From the NCBI GenBank assembly GCA_963695345.1, contig OY968769.1:288001-352000 (forward strand): a stretch of 64,000 nt of DNA, written 5' to 3'. A program made the position numbers and the translations under genes. The notes under the pieces are model-generated. The model did not search any database. It saw only the letters and a program-made list of their open reading frames with translations, and was not told where the DNA came from. The DNA is from an uncultured Methanomassiliicoccales archaeon (GTDB taxonomy: Archaea > Thermoplasmatota > Thermoplasmata > Methanomassiliicoccales > UBA472). How positions within the stretch are numbered: the first letter of the stretch is position 1; every line of letters starts with the position of its first letter. Positions 19,478 to 30,258 of the stretch are shown here, one piece after another.

Positions 19478-20029
19478 AGAACGACCTCGGCAACGGTCGT
19501 GTAGGTAGGTCCTTTCGCACCGAGAACGCTCTTCTTCAGTCTTATCGAGCGTACCGCCCTGGTGCCGAAATCATGTTCCCTGAAGCGCTCGATGATGCCC
19601 TTGACCTGCTCCGTACCCGGTCGGGTCCTTCATCCTGCCGACGGTCAGGTGGGGAGAGAACGGTCTTTCCTCCCTTTCGAAGCCGAGGCGGGCACATTCC
19701 TCGTCCAGGACCTTGGCGATGCCCACCAGCGGTTCCGCCCCCTGCATGCCCACCCAGACCACCCGGATATTGCTCGCCGAAGGGAACGATCCCATGCCCT
19801 TCAGCGTGATATCGAAAGGCGGCACGCCCTTCACCGCCTTGTCCATCGCCTCGATGATCTTCGGAATGGCCGCCTCGTCCGTTTCGCCCAGGAACTTGAG
19901 CGTGACATGGACAATGTCCATGGCCACCGGCCTCATGCCGCCGCCTACCTTGCGCAGTTCGCGGTCGAGCTTGACCAGTTCGCCGATGTCGGAGATGTCG
20001 ACGGAGATGAAACCCCTGAAAATACCCAT
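19465..20029 (-). CDS. thpR: RNA 2',3'-cyclic phosphodiesterase (frameshift at ~19615)
   Basis: Two HxT motifs (HVTLKFLG, PHLTVGR); shifted-frame end LKKSVLGAKGPTYTTV. Confidence 0.9.
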
Positions 20030-20047
20030 GATAACACCCTGATCCGA

Positions 20048-20221
20048 CTACTTTTCCGAGAACTCGGTGCCGCACTTCTTGCACTTCACCGTGTAATGCT
20101 TGCCGCTACCGTTCTGCTTTTGAACGGCCACATACTCGGTGCATCCGCATTTTTCGCAGGAGACCTGTTCTTCCCCTTCCTCATCCTCACAGCTCGCGGC
20201 CTTCTTCGGTTTCGGCGCCAT
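20048..20221 (-). CDS. Small zinc-ribbon protein, 57 aa (not in ORF track)
   Basis: MAPKPKKAASCEDEEGEEQVSCEKCGCTEYVAVQKQNGSGKHYTVKCKKCGTEFSEK*; CxxC...CxxC. Confidence 0.75.
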   Translation of the reverse strand: MAPKPKKAASCEDEEGEEQVSCEKCGCTEYVAVQKQNGSGKHYTVKCKKCGTEFSEK

Positions 20222-20414
20222 TGCATAAGGAAAGGTCTGGTCATCCTATAACCTATTGCATCCTTTCCGTGAAAAATACCTGAAAGGCAGGCTTCCCCGG
20301 TCATGGCACTCTCCGATCGATCTCCGTACGGAGGGCGGATGAGGTAAACATTTTGAAATCGTTCCATGCATCATATCCAGGAGCTGAGACGCTAGAGAAC
20401 CGGTCGATTCATCC

Positions 20415-21344
20415 ATGGCCCATGATGGTGAGGTAATCTGCAACGGCATCGGAAAGGTTTTCAGCACTGGTAAGAAGGCCCTCACCTCGGTCGACCTTGC
20501 CATTCCCGCCAGAGGGACGTTCGCCCTGATCGGGAGGAACGGTGCCGGCAAGACAACCCTGACCCGTATCCTCTCGACACTGCTGGAGCCTTCGTCGGGA
20601 AAGGCCACCATTGACGGGCTTGGACGTGATGGCTGACGCCAAGCTCCTCCGGGAAAGGATGTCGGTCGTCCCGCAGGAAGGAAGGGCGGTCCAATGGATG
20701 ACGCCGCTCCAGAGCGTCTCCTCTTATCTTGCTGTGGAGGGGGATGAGCTACCGGGAATCCCGGAGAAAGGGGAGCGAGGCGCTGGCACAGGTCGGTCTG
20801 GCGGACGTTGCCGATCGGCTCAACCGCACGCTCTCCGGCGGGATGAAGCGGAAGGTCCTGGTGGCCATGGTCATCGCCGCCGAATCGGACTACATATTCC
20901 TGGACGAGCCGACCACCGGACTGGACCCGATCTCCCGGCAGGAGATATGGAACCTGATGACCGAACTGAGCAGGGACCGGTTCATCTTCCTTACCACCCA
21001 CTATCTGGAAGAGGCGGAGAGGGTCGCCGACCGGATCGGGATACTGGACAGCGGAAGATTGCTCGCGCTGGGCAGCATGGACGATCTGAGGAAGAGGATA
21101 AAGCACCAGTACAGCGTGAAGGTGCCCCGGGGAGTGGACCTGCCGGAAGTGGAGGGGAAGGTCCTGGCCAGGAAGGACGGGCAGGTGCAGATCATGACCA
21201 CCCAGGAGGAGGCGTTGCGCCTTTCCAGGCATGCTGATCGAGAGGAAGGTCCAGTTCTCCCTCAACCCGATCGACCTGGACGACATCTTCTCCGATGTGG
21301 TGGGCGGCGGAACCCTGAACGATGACGCGGATGGAGGAAGATGA
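20415..21344 (+). CDS. ABC-2 type exporter ATP-binding subunit (about 3 frameshifts)
   Basis: GRNGAGKTT, LSGGMKRK, FLDEPTTGLD, TTHYLEEAE spread over shifted frames. Confidence 0.88.
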
Positions 21345-22084
21345 GAGCGGATCGGCGGTCAGCTGCTCGCGTCCATCCTGGTGAACGCGATCTACGAGAT
21401 GAAGAACTACCCGGTGGTCCTTCTGAACACCGTCCTGGCCCCGCTCTCGTTCCTCACCCTCATCTGGTTCGTCAGCCAAGGCAGCCTGCTGGGACCGGCG
21501 ATCATCGGCGGCCTGATCATGACCATGTTCTCCAGCGGGACCTCGCTGCAGGCGGACCTGTCCCACCTGAAGAACGATTTCAAGCTCCAGGACATGGTGG
21601 TCAGTTCACCGACCAGCGCGTCCGTCTATGTGGTCGGGATCGCGATCTCCGAACTCATCTATTCCCTGCCGGCCATCGCCATCCTCTCGACCCTGTTCTT
21701 CCTCTTCGTCCCGGTGACGCTGGTCCAGCTGGGAGGGATAATCGTGGTCCTGGGGTTCGTCTTCATCACCTCGGTGTCACTGGGTTTCGCCTTGGCCACG
21801 CTCTCCTCCGACATCGTCCAGAGCTTCGCCTTCACCCGTCTGCTGACCACCCTGTTCTCGACGCTGGCGCCGGTCTACTATCCGATAACCTACATCCCGA
21901 TGCCGTATCGGTACCTGGCCTACCTTTCCCCGACCACCTACGCGGCGCAGATCGCCCAGAACCTGAGCGGGTCCCTGGTATCGTCCACGGAAGAGCTGAT
22001 CATCGATTGGGCGGTTCTGATCATGCCTCTCCGCTGGTGTTCCTGTGGATCGGAATGTCCAAGTCCAGGTGGAGGGAGAAATGA
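21341..22084 (+). CDS. ABC-2 type permease (frameshifts at ~21360 and ~22030)
   Basis: About six hydrophobic helices, PVYYP...LSPTTYA; ATGA overlap with ATPase. Confidence 0.85.
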   Translation: MRADRRSAARVHPGERDLRDEELPGGPSEHRPGPALVPHPHLVRQPRQPAGTGDHRRPDHDHVLQRDLAAGGPVPPEERFQAPGHGGQFTDQRVRLCGRDRDLRTHLFPAGHRHPLDPVLPLRPGDAGPAGRDNRGPGVRLHHLGVTGFRLGHALLRHRPELRLHPSADHPVLDAGAGLLSDNLHPDAVSVPGLPFPDHLRGADRPEPERVPGIVHGRADHRLGGSDHASPLVFLWIGMSKSRWREK

Positions 22085-22173
22085 AAGGCGATCGAGGACG
22101 GTTCGAGACATTTGATTTTAATATCCGTAGCTCGAATTGATACTTGGTCGTCAGAACGACCTTGAGGTTGAAT

Positions 22174-22570
22174 ATGGACCTAGTACAATTGATTATCGCG
22201 ATCATCGTATTGATCATAGGATGGGTGATCATCTCGATACCTTTGTGGCTCGCCGCAAAGGTCATGACCGGAGGACAGGCGACCATGGGAGCGGCCATGC
22301 TCGGCATGCTCCTCGGCGGCATCGTGTTCGCCCTGGTCTATGCGGGGACATTCCTGCGTCACGAACATCATCACCAGCTCAGGCGTCGCTTTGGTGGTGG
22401 CGGCGATCGTCGCATTCCTGGCGTTCCTCGGACTCTACAAGATGCTGTTCGATGTCGGGTGGCTCAGGGCACTGGCCATCGCCATCCTGGCAGTGATATT
22501 CGCCGTGATCATCGTGGTCATAATGGCCGCCATATTGGTCGCCGTGGGGGTGGGCGTGCTGGGATTGTGA
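22174..22570 (+). CDS. Small multi-pass membrane protein (frameshift at ~22355)
   Basis: Hydrophobic halves in two frames; ends YKMLFDVGWLRALAIAILA. Confidence 0.7.
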
Positions 22571-22774
22571 TCGTTATCCCTGTGAACGCATCATGACGGA
22601 CCACTCTTTCCGGACCGGTTCATCTTCTTGAACGGTCCATCCTTCTTGAATCGATCCTACGTTTTTGATGATCGAATCCTGACGACTGACTCTGAAAGTG
22701 AAGAGCTGGTATGGCATCGAATCCCGCTTTTCCATTGGATTCATGACTTATACCCATTGGTCAAACGTGATGCC

Positions 22775-23105
22775 ATGGTTGAAACATCGAGCATTCTTCT
22801 ATCTGTTGGTCGCATTGGTCATCTCAACGGTAATCATCTACTTTGTCACTAAGTTCATGGGAGAGAAGGAAGGCCTGGGCACTGCCCTGGTGGCTGCCGT
22901 GATCGGTACTGTGGTCTATATCGTGGTCTACTTCCTGTTCGGAAATGGACTGTTGGCGGCCGTCTTGGCCGGGATAGTGTGGCTTCTGGCGCTCAAAGGA
23001 CTGTACAAGATCGGATGGGTCAAGGCACTGATCATCGCGGTGCTGATCTGGATATTCGCCACCATAATCGGTTTCTTCCTTCCCACGCTCTCAGGCCCAT
23101 TGTAG
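22775..23105 (+). CDS. Small multi-pass membrane protein, related to preceding gene (possible frameshift at ~22800)
   Basis: LKGLYKIGWVKALIIAVL mirrors the neighbour's C-terminal motif. Confidence 0.7.
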
Positions 23106-23442
23106 GATCGATGATGACGCGGAAACCATCGGACTCCTTTCACAATTTGGTCCGCTCCTCTCGCTAACGGACTGACAAGAAGAGGCATCAACATCAGATG
23201 GAATCCTCCTGGACCCTGAATACTTCAGGGACCGATGAGTGAGTAGGCATGGGACACATGATTCGGTGATCTCAATTGGTAACTGATGGCTCGATGTTCA
23301 CTGAACAAGGAAAAGCGCTGTGGGAGCGGTCATTTCCATCAAAATCATAATAACCTCTGATGCTTCAAATATAGTCGATGGTCCTGATTAATATCGAAAT
23401 GACCAGGGTAGAGCGAACTTATCCGGTCTTCAGGGTGAAAGC

Positions 23443-23732
23443 ATGGCGAAAGGCGATGTCAAGAAAGAGATCGACAAAGGTATCGAGGATGTGCAGAAAG
23501 GCGTGAAAAAGGGTGTAAAGGAGGCACAGAAGGACGCCCGATCGCCGGGAAGGCAGTCGACAAGGGAATTGAAGAGATCCAAAAGGATGTCCGGGCTGGC
23601 GTCAAAGAGGTCAAGAAGGATGTGAAGGTTGTCGCCAAGGCCGTCGACAAGCAGATCAAGAAAGTCAAGTCGGAATGGGCTGAATTGAAGAGTCATATCC
23701 GTTCTCCCGCCTGGATAGCCAAACGGACATGA
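23443..23732 (+). CDS. Small Lys/Asp/Val-rich amphipathic repeat protein (LEA/apolipoprotein-like; frameshift at ~23540)
   Basis: Rejoined: IDKGIEDVQKGVKKGVKEAQKDA / VDKGIEEIQKDVRAGVKEVKKDV / VDKQIKK; GGTGA RBS. Confidence 0.6.
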
Positions 23733-23924
23733 AGATCAAACGTTCTGGAAGGTCCGCTCTCGATATTCACGAGAGCGGCTCAATTGACCTTCAAGAATCA
23801 TTGCCTAGCATGGAATGAATCAAAATAGAAGGTTCTGGTCTCGACCAGACCGATACTGCCAATGTCATCGCACGTCAGGGCCTTAGGGAAACGATTATCA
23901 ACATCACCCATTATTCAATGGTAA

Positions 23925-24863
23925 ATGGCTTATGATCTGGTGATAGTGGGAGCTGGCCCAGCCGGACTTACCGCGGGCGTCTATGCGATGCAACGCAAGC
24001 TCAAGACACTCATCATCGATGCTGGGGTAGCGGGGGGACAGCTGATCAATGTCTATCCCGAGAAGGTCATAGCCAACTATCCGAGCGTAACCGAGATCCA
24101 CGCCCACGAGCTGGGGTGGTCCATGGTGGACCACGCCAAGGGCTCAGGATGTGATATCCATGAGCACGAGGTGGTCAAGGACGTCATGGACAAGGACGAA
24201 GGACTGGTCGTAATCTCCGACAAAGGAGAATACGAGACCAAGACGGTCATACTGGCCATTGGTACCGGTCTCTTCATGCCCAAGATGTTGGGCGCCCCAG
24301 GAGAGGAGCGGCTTGAGGGCAAGGGCGTCTATCATCGGCTGCCCGAGAAGAAGGAGCTGGCCGGCAGGCGCATCCTGTTCGTCGGCGGTGGCAACAGCGC
24401 TCTGGAGATGGCATTGCTCGCTTCAGATGTCGCGCAGGTCTATATCGTGCATCGTCGGGACTGCTTCCGGGCGGACGGGTGTATCATAGACCGGGTCGTG
24501 GCCAAGAACATCAAGACCATCATGTCCGCCGAGGTCAAGGAGATCATGGGAGAGGACAAGGTCGAAGGCGCCATCCTAAACATCGGTGATCCTCCTGAGG
24601 AGATGCGTCTCGACGTCGACATGGTCGTAATCAACATTGGGGTAACGCCGGAGCTGGAGTTCCTGGAGAAGTGGAAGGTCGTCCTGGAGGGGAACCAGAT
24701 CAAGGTCGATACGGAGATGCGCACGTCACGGAGAGGAGTCTTCGCCTGCGGTGACTCGGTCATCTATCCCGGTAAATACCGGCAGATAGTGGTCGCCTGC
24801 GGGGAAGGGGCGACGGCGGCGAACTCGGTGTACAAGTACGTGATGAAGCCCTACTGGGCCTGA
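23925..24863 (+). CDS. TrxR-fold FAD/NAD(P)H oxidoreductase without CxxC; probable ferredoxin-NADP+ reductase (YumC/FNR2 type)
   Basis: GAGPAG, GGQL...YPEK, GGGNSA, HRR, GVFACGD; GVYHRLP at the position of the TrxR CxxC. Confidence 0.8.
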   Translation: MAYDLVIVGAGPAGLTAGVYAMQRKLKTLIIDAGVAGGQLINVYPEKVIANYPSVTEIHAHELGWSMVDHAKGSGCDIHEHEVVKDVMDKDEGLVVISDKGEYETKTVILAIGTGLFMPKMLGAPGEERLEGKGVYHRLPEKKELAGRRILFVGGGNSALEMALLASDVAQVYIVHRRDCFRADGCIIDRVVAKNIKTIMSAEVKEIMGEDKVEGAILNIGDPPEEMRLDVDMVVINIGVTPELEFLEKWKVVLEGNQIKVDTEMRTSRRGVFACGDSVIYPGKYRQIVVACGEGATAANSVYKYVMKPYWA

Positions 24864-25009
24864 ACCGCACGGTATCATTGCCGAGAGCCCATGACTGATT
24901 CTGGAAATCTAGAAACCTAACATTGAGGAAATCGGTTGGGACGAAAAAATAGAAGTTCTGACGAACGGCGCATTGACCGCGACGGCCGTCAATGGGTTTT
25001 TAGACCTGT

Positions 25010-25180
25010 CTACTCGACTGTGATAGCGTTGTTCGGGCACTCGTCGACGCAAGCGCCGCAGTCGACGCAGTCCTTCTCATTTACGACCGCGACCTCTGTG
25101 ACCTTGATGCATCCCTGTGGACAGACATCCTCGCAAGCTCCGCATCCTACGCACTCTTCTGCCTTGATCTTTGCAGCCAT
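25010..25180 (-). CDS. 2[4Fe-4S] ferredoxin, 56 aa (not in ORF track)
   Basis: MAAKIKAEECVGCGACEDVCPQGCIKVTEVAVVNEKDCVDCGACVDECPNNAITVE*; GGTG RBS and AT-rich TATA-like region upstream. Confidence 0.95.
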   Translation of the reverse strand: MAAKIKAEECVGCGACEDVCPQGCIKVTEVAVVNEKDCVDCGACVDECPNNAITVE

Positions 25181-25313
25181 TTAAGACACCTTTAGCCCTG
25201 AACAAAAAGCATATTATAAATTAGTTTCCCACAATTCTTCGGGGGTCTGATGCGCGGGCCTTGGCTGGCCAAATGTCACCGATGGACCAGCCACCCCCTT
25301 CGGTGATCCAGAC

Positions 25314-25742
25314 CTATCGTACCACCAGAACGGAGCACTTAGCCCTTTTGGTAAGCGCCTCCGAGGTGCTTCCTACCAACAGCCCCTTTGCACCTACATG
25401 AAGGCCCCGACACCCGGTCACGATCAGGTCGGCATTACAATCCTCGGCGAACTTGATGATCTGCGCCACCGGATGTCCGTGCAAGACCGCCGACCTGGCC
25501 ATTACACCTTCGGAATTGACGATCTCCAGAGCGTCGCCGATGATGCAGGCAGCCCTGGCCTCCGCATCCCTCCTTTCCGTCTCGGATATCAGGACCGGGT
25601 AGTCCTTGGTGTTGATCACATGAACGACGGTCAACCGGGTCCCTGGCATGCCGCGGGCCATAGCCGCCGCCTTGTGTGCTGCCTTGGCACTGCCATCGGA
25701 ACCGTCCACGGCGACGATTATGAAGTTGTTGTCACAGGTCAT
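25314..25742 (-). CDS. Universal stress protein
   Basis: IIVAVDGS, GHP, ADLIVTGCRG, LLVGSTSE...CSVLVVR. Confidence 0.92.
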   Translation of the reverse strand: MTCDNNFIIVAVDGSDGSAKAAHKAAAMARGMPGTRLTVVHVINTKDYPVLISETERRDAEARAACIIGDALEIVNSEGVMARSAVLHGHPVAQIIKFAEDCNADLIVTGCRGLHVGAKGLLVGSTSEALTKRAKCSVLVVR

Positions 25743-26025
25743 TTCTCCCCCATGGATCGGGGCACCGTTGCGCCACCGACTTCGGGATCACGGCGCCCAT
25801 CACGATCACCATCACTGAATAGAGACTGGTATGAGATTATAATATTGTTAGGGAGCACCGCCTGCGTACCAATGATGCCGACGACGGAACGGTGACCTTG
25901 AGCCATGATATGTTTTGCTCGGTCAGTCTAGGCACTCGCGACCGATGACTCCGGCACCCGACGACTTCTGTACCATGCATTCACCCCGACCAGCGGACTG
26001 GACATCTTGAAATAGCGATGAAGGC

Positions 26026-27105
26026 ATGACTTTCTTTATGGAGCTTGCATCCGGCAAACTGCTTACCGCCGACGGATTCATCGATGGCCATGTGGAATTC
26101 GAGAACGGCCTGGTGAGGAGCGTGGGCGAAGGAACGTCTAAGATGGCGACGGTGAAGGGCGTGATCGTCCCCACCCTCATCAATTGCCACACGCACGTCG
26201 CCGATTATGTCGTACCAGTGGACACCCGGCTTTCATTGGAGGAGCTGGTGGCCCCCCCGGACGGGCTGAAGCACCGCATCCTCAGGAACATGCCGGTGAA
26301 CCACCTGACCGCCTCGATGGTCCGTCTGTCCCGGTTCATGTTCTCCCGGGGCGTTTCCAGCTATGTCGACTTCCGGGAGGGCGGGATCGAGGGGGCGCAG
26401 GCACTGGCCGCGGCCAAGGGCAATGGTGCGGAACCGATCATAATGGCCCGGCCATCGGGGATGAAGTATGTGTCCTCGGAGATCAATGCGCTGCTCAAGG
26501 TGGCCAACGGAATCGCCGTCTCTTCCATCTCCGATTGGGACTACGAGGAGCTGAGCGCTCTTGCGGCCCATGTCGACAGGAAGGGGGCACGCTTCGCCAT
26601 TCACGCCTCGGAACGGGTCCGGGAGGATATTGGCAAGGTGCTGGACCTCAAACCCCGCTTCGTGGTCCACATGACCAAGGCGACGAAGGAGGACGTGGTC
26701 GCCTGCAATGAGGCGAAGGTGCCCATCGTGGTCTGTCCGCGCTCCAACCTGTTCTTCGGCTACGTCCCGCCATTGAAAATGATGCTGGATGCGGGCGCCC
26801 GGGTGGCCCTTGGGACGGACAACGGGATGGTCTCGATGCCGGACATGCTGCATGAGATCGAGACCGCCGCGCTCCTCCTGCGATCGCAGGGGATGAAGGA
26901 CCTCACCCCGCTATTGGATATGGCTTTCACAAATGCACGAATACTTTTAAATCGAAACGACTCGTTTAACATTCAACCAGGGTCTCCATGCGATTTCATG
27001 GTCCTGAGGTCCAAAGGGGGCGATCCCCTGACCGATCTGGTGCTGAGGTCCAGCCCGGAAGACCCCTGCCTAGTCTGCTACGGGAAACACATTTGGAGGA
27101 AATGA
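26026..27105 (+). CDS. Amidohydrolase family metallo-hydrolase
   Basis: PTLINCHTHVAD, DFREGG, IHASE, VHMT, CPRSN, ALGTDN. Confidence 0.9.
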   Translation: MTFFMELASGKLLTADGFIDGHVEFENGLVRSVGEGTSKMATVKGVIVPTLINCHTHVADYVVPVDTRLSLEELVAPPDGLKHRILRNMPVNHLTASMVRLSRFMFSRGVSSYVDFREGGIEGAQALAAAKGNGAEPIIMARPSGMKYVSSEINALLKVANGIAVSSISDWDYEELSALAAHVDRKGARFAIHASERVREDIGKVLDLKPRFVVHMTKATKEDVVACNEAKVPIVVCPRSNLFFGYVPPLKMMLDAGARVALGTDNGMVSMPDMLHEIETAALLLRSQGMKDLTPLLDMAFTNARILLNRNDSFNIQPGSPCDFMVLRSKGGDPLTDLVLRSSPEDPCLVCYGKHIWRK

Positions 27106-27106
27106 A

Positions 27107-27553
27107 ATGAATCTGTTCAAGCACATACTGATACCCACGGACGGTAGCGAATATACCAGGGCCGCGATCAGCAAAGGTCTGGAGCTGGCAAAGCTGATGG
27201 AAGCCGACGTGACTGCATTGTACGTGGTGGACCAGACCTCGTTCATCAATTTCCCCATGGACTCTACGGTGGTGAGCGTCTACTCGCTCCTGGAAAAGGA
27301 GGGCAAGGACGCGGTCGACTACGTCAAGTCCGAGGGCGAGAAGCTGGGAGTCAAGGTCAGCATCTCCATCGTGGAGGGTGCCCCGGCCCGGAAGATCGTC
27401 GATGCGTCGTTGACGCATGACCTGGTGGTCATGGGCACGCTCGGCCGAACGGGATTCTCCAAGTTACTGCTGGGCTCGGTGGCCGAGCGGGTCATCCGCT
27501 TCGCCAAGTGCCCGGTGCTTGTGGTCAAGCCGGAAGAGGAGGCGGAAAAATGA
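27107..27553 (+). CDS. Universal stress protein
   Basis: ILIPTDGS, DLVVMGTLGRTG, LLGSVAERV...CPVLVV. Confidence 0.95.
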   Translation: MNLFKHILIPTDGSEYTRAAISKGLELAKLMEADVTALYVVDQTSFINFPMDSTVVSVYSLLEKEGKDAVDYVKSEGEKLGVKVSISIVEGAPARKIVDASLTHDLVVMGTLGRTGFSKLLLGSVAERVIRFAKCPVLVVKPEEEAEK

Positions 27554-28398
27554 CCACTGTCGGCGAGGTGATGACCTCGAACCCGATCGTGGCGCAGGTG
27601 CCCGGATCGCGGAACGAGGTGCTCAAGATCATGGTGAAGCACAACCTGACCGGACTGCCGGTGGTCCGGCGCAGCGACGGATCGCTGGCCGGCATCATAA
27701 CCAGGCAGGACATCTTCGACAAGCCGGACGAGGACCAGGCGGCCCTGATAATGAACCGGGAACCGATCACCATCAGTCCGAGGGCGGAGGTCGAGGAAGC
27801 GGCAGGGGTCCTGCTCCATCAGAACATCAGGCACCTGCCGGTCATCGACGGCGACAAGCTGGTCGGCATCCTGACACCGACCGACCTGCTGTCGGTCGTG
27901 GAACGGAAGAACATCTCCACACCGATCGAGAAGGTCATCCGGTCGCCCTGCATACCGATCTATCACGGGGCACCGCTGGCGGTCGCCTCCGTCACCCTCA
28001 AGGTCAGCAAGGCATCGGCGCTGGCGGTCCTCGATGACAACGGCCGTCTGATCGGCATCCTGACCGACCGCGACATCTTCAACAAGAGCTATGTCAACGG
28101 GTCGGTCGCCATGGAAGAGCTGGGGATACCGCAGGACGAGGACGAGTGGACCTGGGACGGTCTGCGCAATGTCATGAAACTGTGGTACGAGGTTTCCAAG
28201 ATCGACCTGCCCGGCCTGCCCGTGAGGGACATCATGGTGCGCAACCCAATGACCGTGTTCAAGAAGACGTCGATATCCGAGGCGGCGCGCATAATGCGCA
28301 AGAACGACTTCGGCCAGTTGCCGGTCCGCGACTCCAAGGACAACCTCCAGGCGATGATCTACGACCACGACGTCATTTCGATATTGGCGGAAGATTAA
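27550..28398 (+). CDS. CBS-domain protein (two CBS pairs)
   Basis: GLPVV...GIITRQD, HLPVI...GILTPTD, GILTDRD, GQLPV; ATGA overlap with USP. Confidence 0.92.
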   Translation: MTTVGEVMTSNPIVAQVPGSRNEVLKIMVKHNLTGLPVVRRSDGSLAGIITRQDIFDKPDEDQAALIMNREPITISPRAEVEEAAGVLLHQNIRHLPVIDGDKLVGILTPTDLLSVVERKNISTPIEKVIRSPCIPIYHGAPLAVASVTLKVSKASALAVLDDNGRLIGILTDRDIFNKSYVNGSVAMEELGIPQDEDEWTWDGLRNVMKLWYEVSKIDLPGLPVRDIMVRNPMTVFKKTSISEAARIMRKNDFGQLPVRDSKDNLQAMIYDHDVISILAED

Positions 28399-28431
28399 GA
28401 TATCACGGTTGAATCATTGGAGGAGGATCAC

Positions 28432-30168
28432 ATGGCCGATGTTAATTCAGGGGACATCCTCTCCCTGTGCAAGCGGAGAGGTTTCATCTACCCCTCTTAC
28501 GAGATATACGGCGGCATCGCCGGGCTGTTCGACTACGGTCCGCTAGGCTGCACCATGAAGACGAACGTAATGAACCAGTGGCGCAGGATATACGCGCTGG
28601 AAGAAGGTTTCCTGGAGATCGATGGCGAGACCATCGGTCCGGAGGCGGTCTTCAAGGCGTCCGGTCACGTGGACAACTTCGCCGACCTGATCGTCTCGTG
28701 CGTGAAGTGCGATGAATCGTACCGGGCGGACCATCTGTGCAAGGAGCTGCACCCCAATCCCGGCTCATTGCCGAAGAAGGAACTGGAAGAGCTCATCTGC
28801 AAGAACAACGTCGTCTGCACGGCGTGCGGCGGCGAGCTCTCCCACGTGGAAGAGTTCAACCTGATGTTCAAGACCAAGATCGGACCGGGCAAGGGCCGGG
28901 TAGGGTATCTTCGGCCGGAGACGGCGCAGGGCATCTTCGTGAACTTCGCCAACCTCTACCGGCACGCCCGCGAGCGGTTGCCGTTCGGCGTCATCCAGAT
29001 CGGACGCGGCTACCGTAACGAGATATCTCCCCGGCAGGGCGTCATACGCATGAGGGAGTTCAACATGATGGAGGCGGAGCTGTTCGTCGACCCGCTGGAC
29101 AAGCGCTGGCCGACCTTCGACTCGATCAAGGACACCAAGGTGACGCTCGTTCCCAACACCTACATGGACACCGAGGAGAAGGTCGAGGCCGTGGTCGAGA
29201 CCACCTTCGGGAAGGCGGTCGAGGACAGGATCATCGCCCACCAGACCATCGCATACTTCCTCTGGGTCACCCAGCGTTTCCTGACCGAGGCGGGCGTGGA
29301 CCCGGCCCGGCTGCGGTTCCGGCAGCACCTGAAGACCGAGATGGCCCATTACGCGTGCGATTGCTGGGACGCCGAGGCCCTGCTGAGCTACGGCTGGACC
29401 GAGATCACCGGCATCGCCGACCGGGGCGCCTGGGACCTGTCCCGGCATATCCAGTTCTCCAACGCCGACCTGACCGCGTTCAAGCGGTTCGACGAACCGA
29501 CGGAAGTGGAGAAGGACGTCATCAAGGCGAAGTTCGGAGCGCTCGGACCGGCCTACAAGGGCAAGGCCAAGCTGGTGGCTAACGCGCTGGAACTGACCGA
29601 GCCGTCGAAGATCGTCGACGGCAAGGTGACCGTGGAGGTCGATGGGGAGAGCATCACCCTCGAATCGAAGTACTTCGAGGTGGTCAGGGTGAAGGAGAAG
29701 GTGAACGGGGAGAAGGTGGTCCCCCACGTCATCGAGCCCTCCCACGGGCTGGATCGGATAATGTATACATGCCTGGAGCACGCCTACAGCGTCACCGCCG
29801 ACGGCTATGTCACGATGAGATTGAGAACGGCCACCGCACCGATCAAGGTGGGTGTGTTCCCTCTCATGTGCAAGGACGACCTGGACCAGATCGCGATGGA
29901 TCTGGACGCGAAGCTGAGGAAGAACGGCATCACCACCGCGTTCGACGACTCCGGTTCCATCGGCCGGCGCTACGCCCGGATGGACGAGGTCGGGACGCCC
30001 TACTGCGTCACGGTGGACTACGAGGCCAAGGAGAAGGGCCGCGTCACCATCCGCGACCGGGACACCACCCAGCAGAAATGGATACCGCTCGAGGATGTCG
30101 TGAAGGACATCGAATCGCTGCTGAGGGGAACGCCCTTCAGCGAGCTCAAGGGTGAGACGAAGGTATAA
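28432..30168 (+). CDS. glyS: Glycine-tRNA ligase (archaeal/eukaryotic type)
   Basis: YDYGP-like FDYGPLG, YLRPETAQG, RNEISPRQG, MAHYACDCWD, PHVIEPSHG, GSIGRRYAR. Confidence 0.97.
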   Translation: MADVNSGDILSLCKRRGFIYPSYEIYGGIAGLFDYGPLGCTMKTNVMNQWRRIYALEEGFLEIDGETIGPEAVFKASGHVDNFADLIVSCVKCDESYRADHLCKELHPNPGSLPKKELEELICKNNVVCTACGGELSHVEEFNLMFKTKIGPGKGRVGYLRPETAQGIFVNFANLYRHARERLPFGVIQIGRGYRNEISPRQGVIRMREFNMMEAELFVDPLDKRWPTFDSIKDTKVTLVPNTYMDTEEKVEAVVETTFGKAVEDRIIAHQTIAYFLWVTQRFLTEAGVDPARLRFRQHLKTEMAHYACDCWDAEALLSYGWTEITGIADRGAWDLSRHIQFSNADLTAFKRFDEPTEVEKDVIKAKFGALGPAYKGKAKLVANALELTEPSKIVDGKVTVEVDGESITLESKYFEVVRVKEKVNGEKVVPHVIEPSHGLDRIMYTCLEHAYSVTADGYVTMRLRTATAPIKVGVFPLMCKDDLDQIAMDLDAKLRKNGITTAFDDSGSIGRRYARMDEVGTPYCVTVDYEAKEKGRVTIRDRDTTQQKWIPLEDVVKDIESLLRGTPFSELKGETKV

Positions 30169-30258
30169 TCTCCCCCAGGCTCCAGTGATATCAGGAACGA
30201 AGATTCGTAAGAAGCTATTATAGCTTCCATCTGACAATATTAACATGAGGTGACAAAA

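Noticed and set aside
25262-25292. tggctgg...ccagcca inverted repeat after the USP gene
   Set aside because: Short stem with a long loop and no T-tract; insufficient for a terminator call
28765-30246. 493-aa minus-strand ORF (and the similar 578-aa ORF at 32556-34292)
   Set aside because: Antisense shadows of glyS and valS caused by GC-rich codon bias; no motifs
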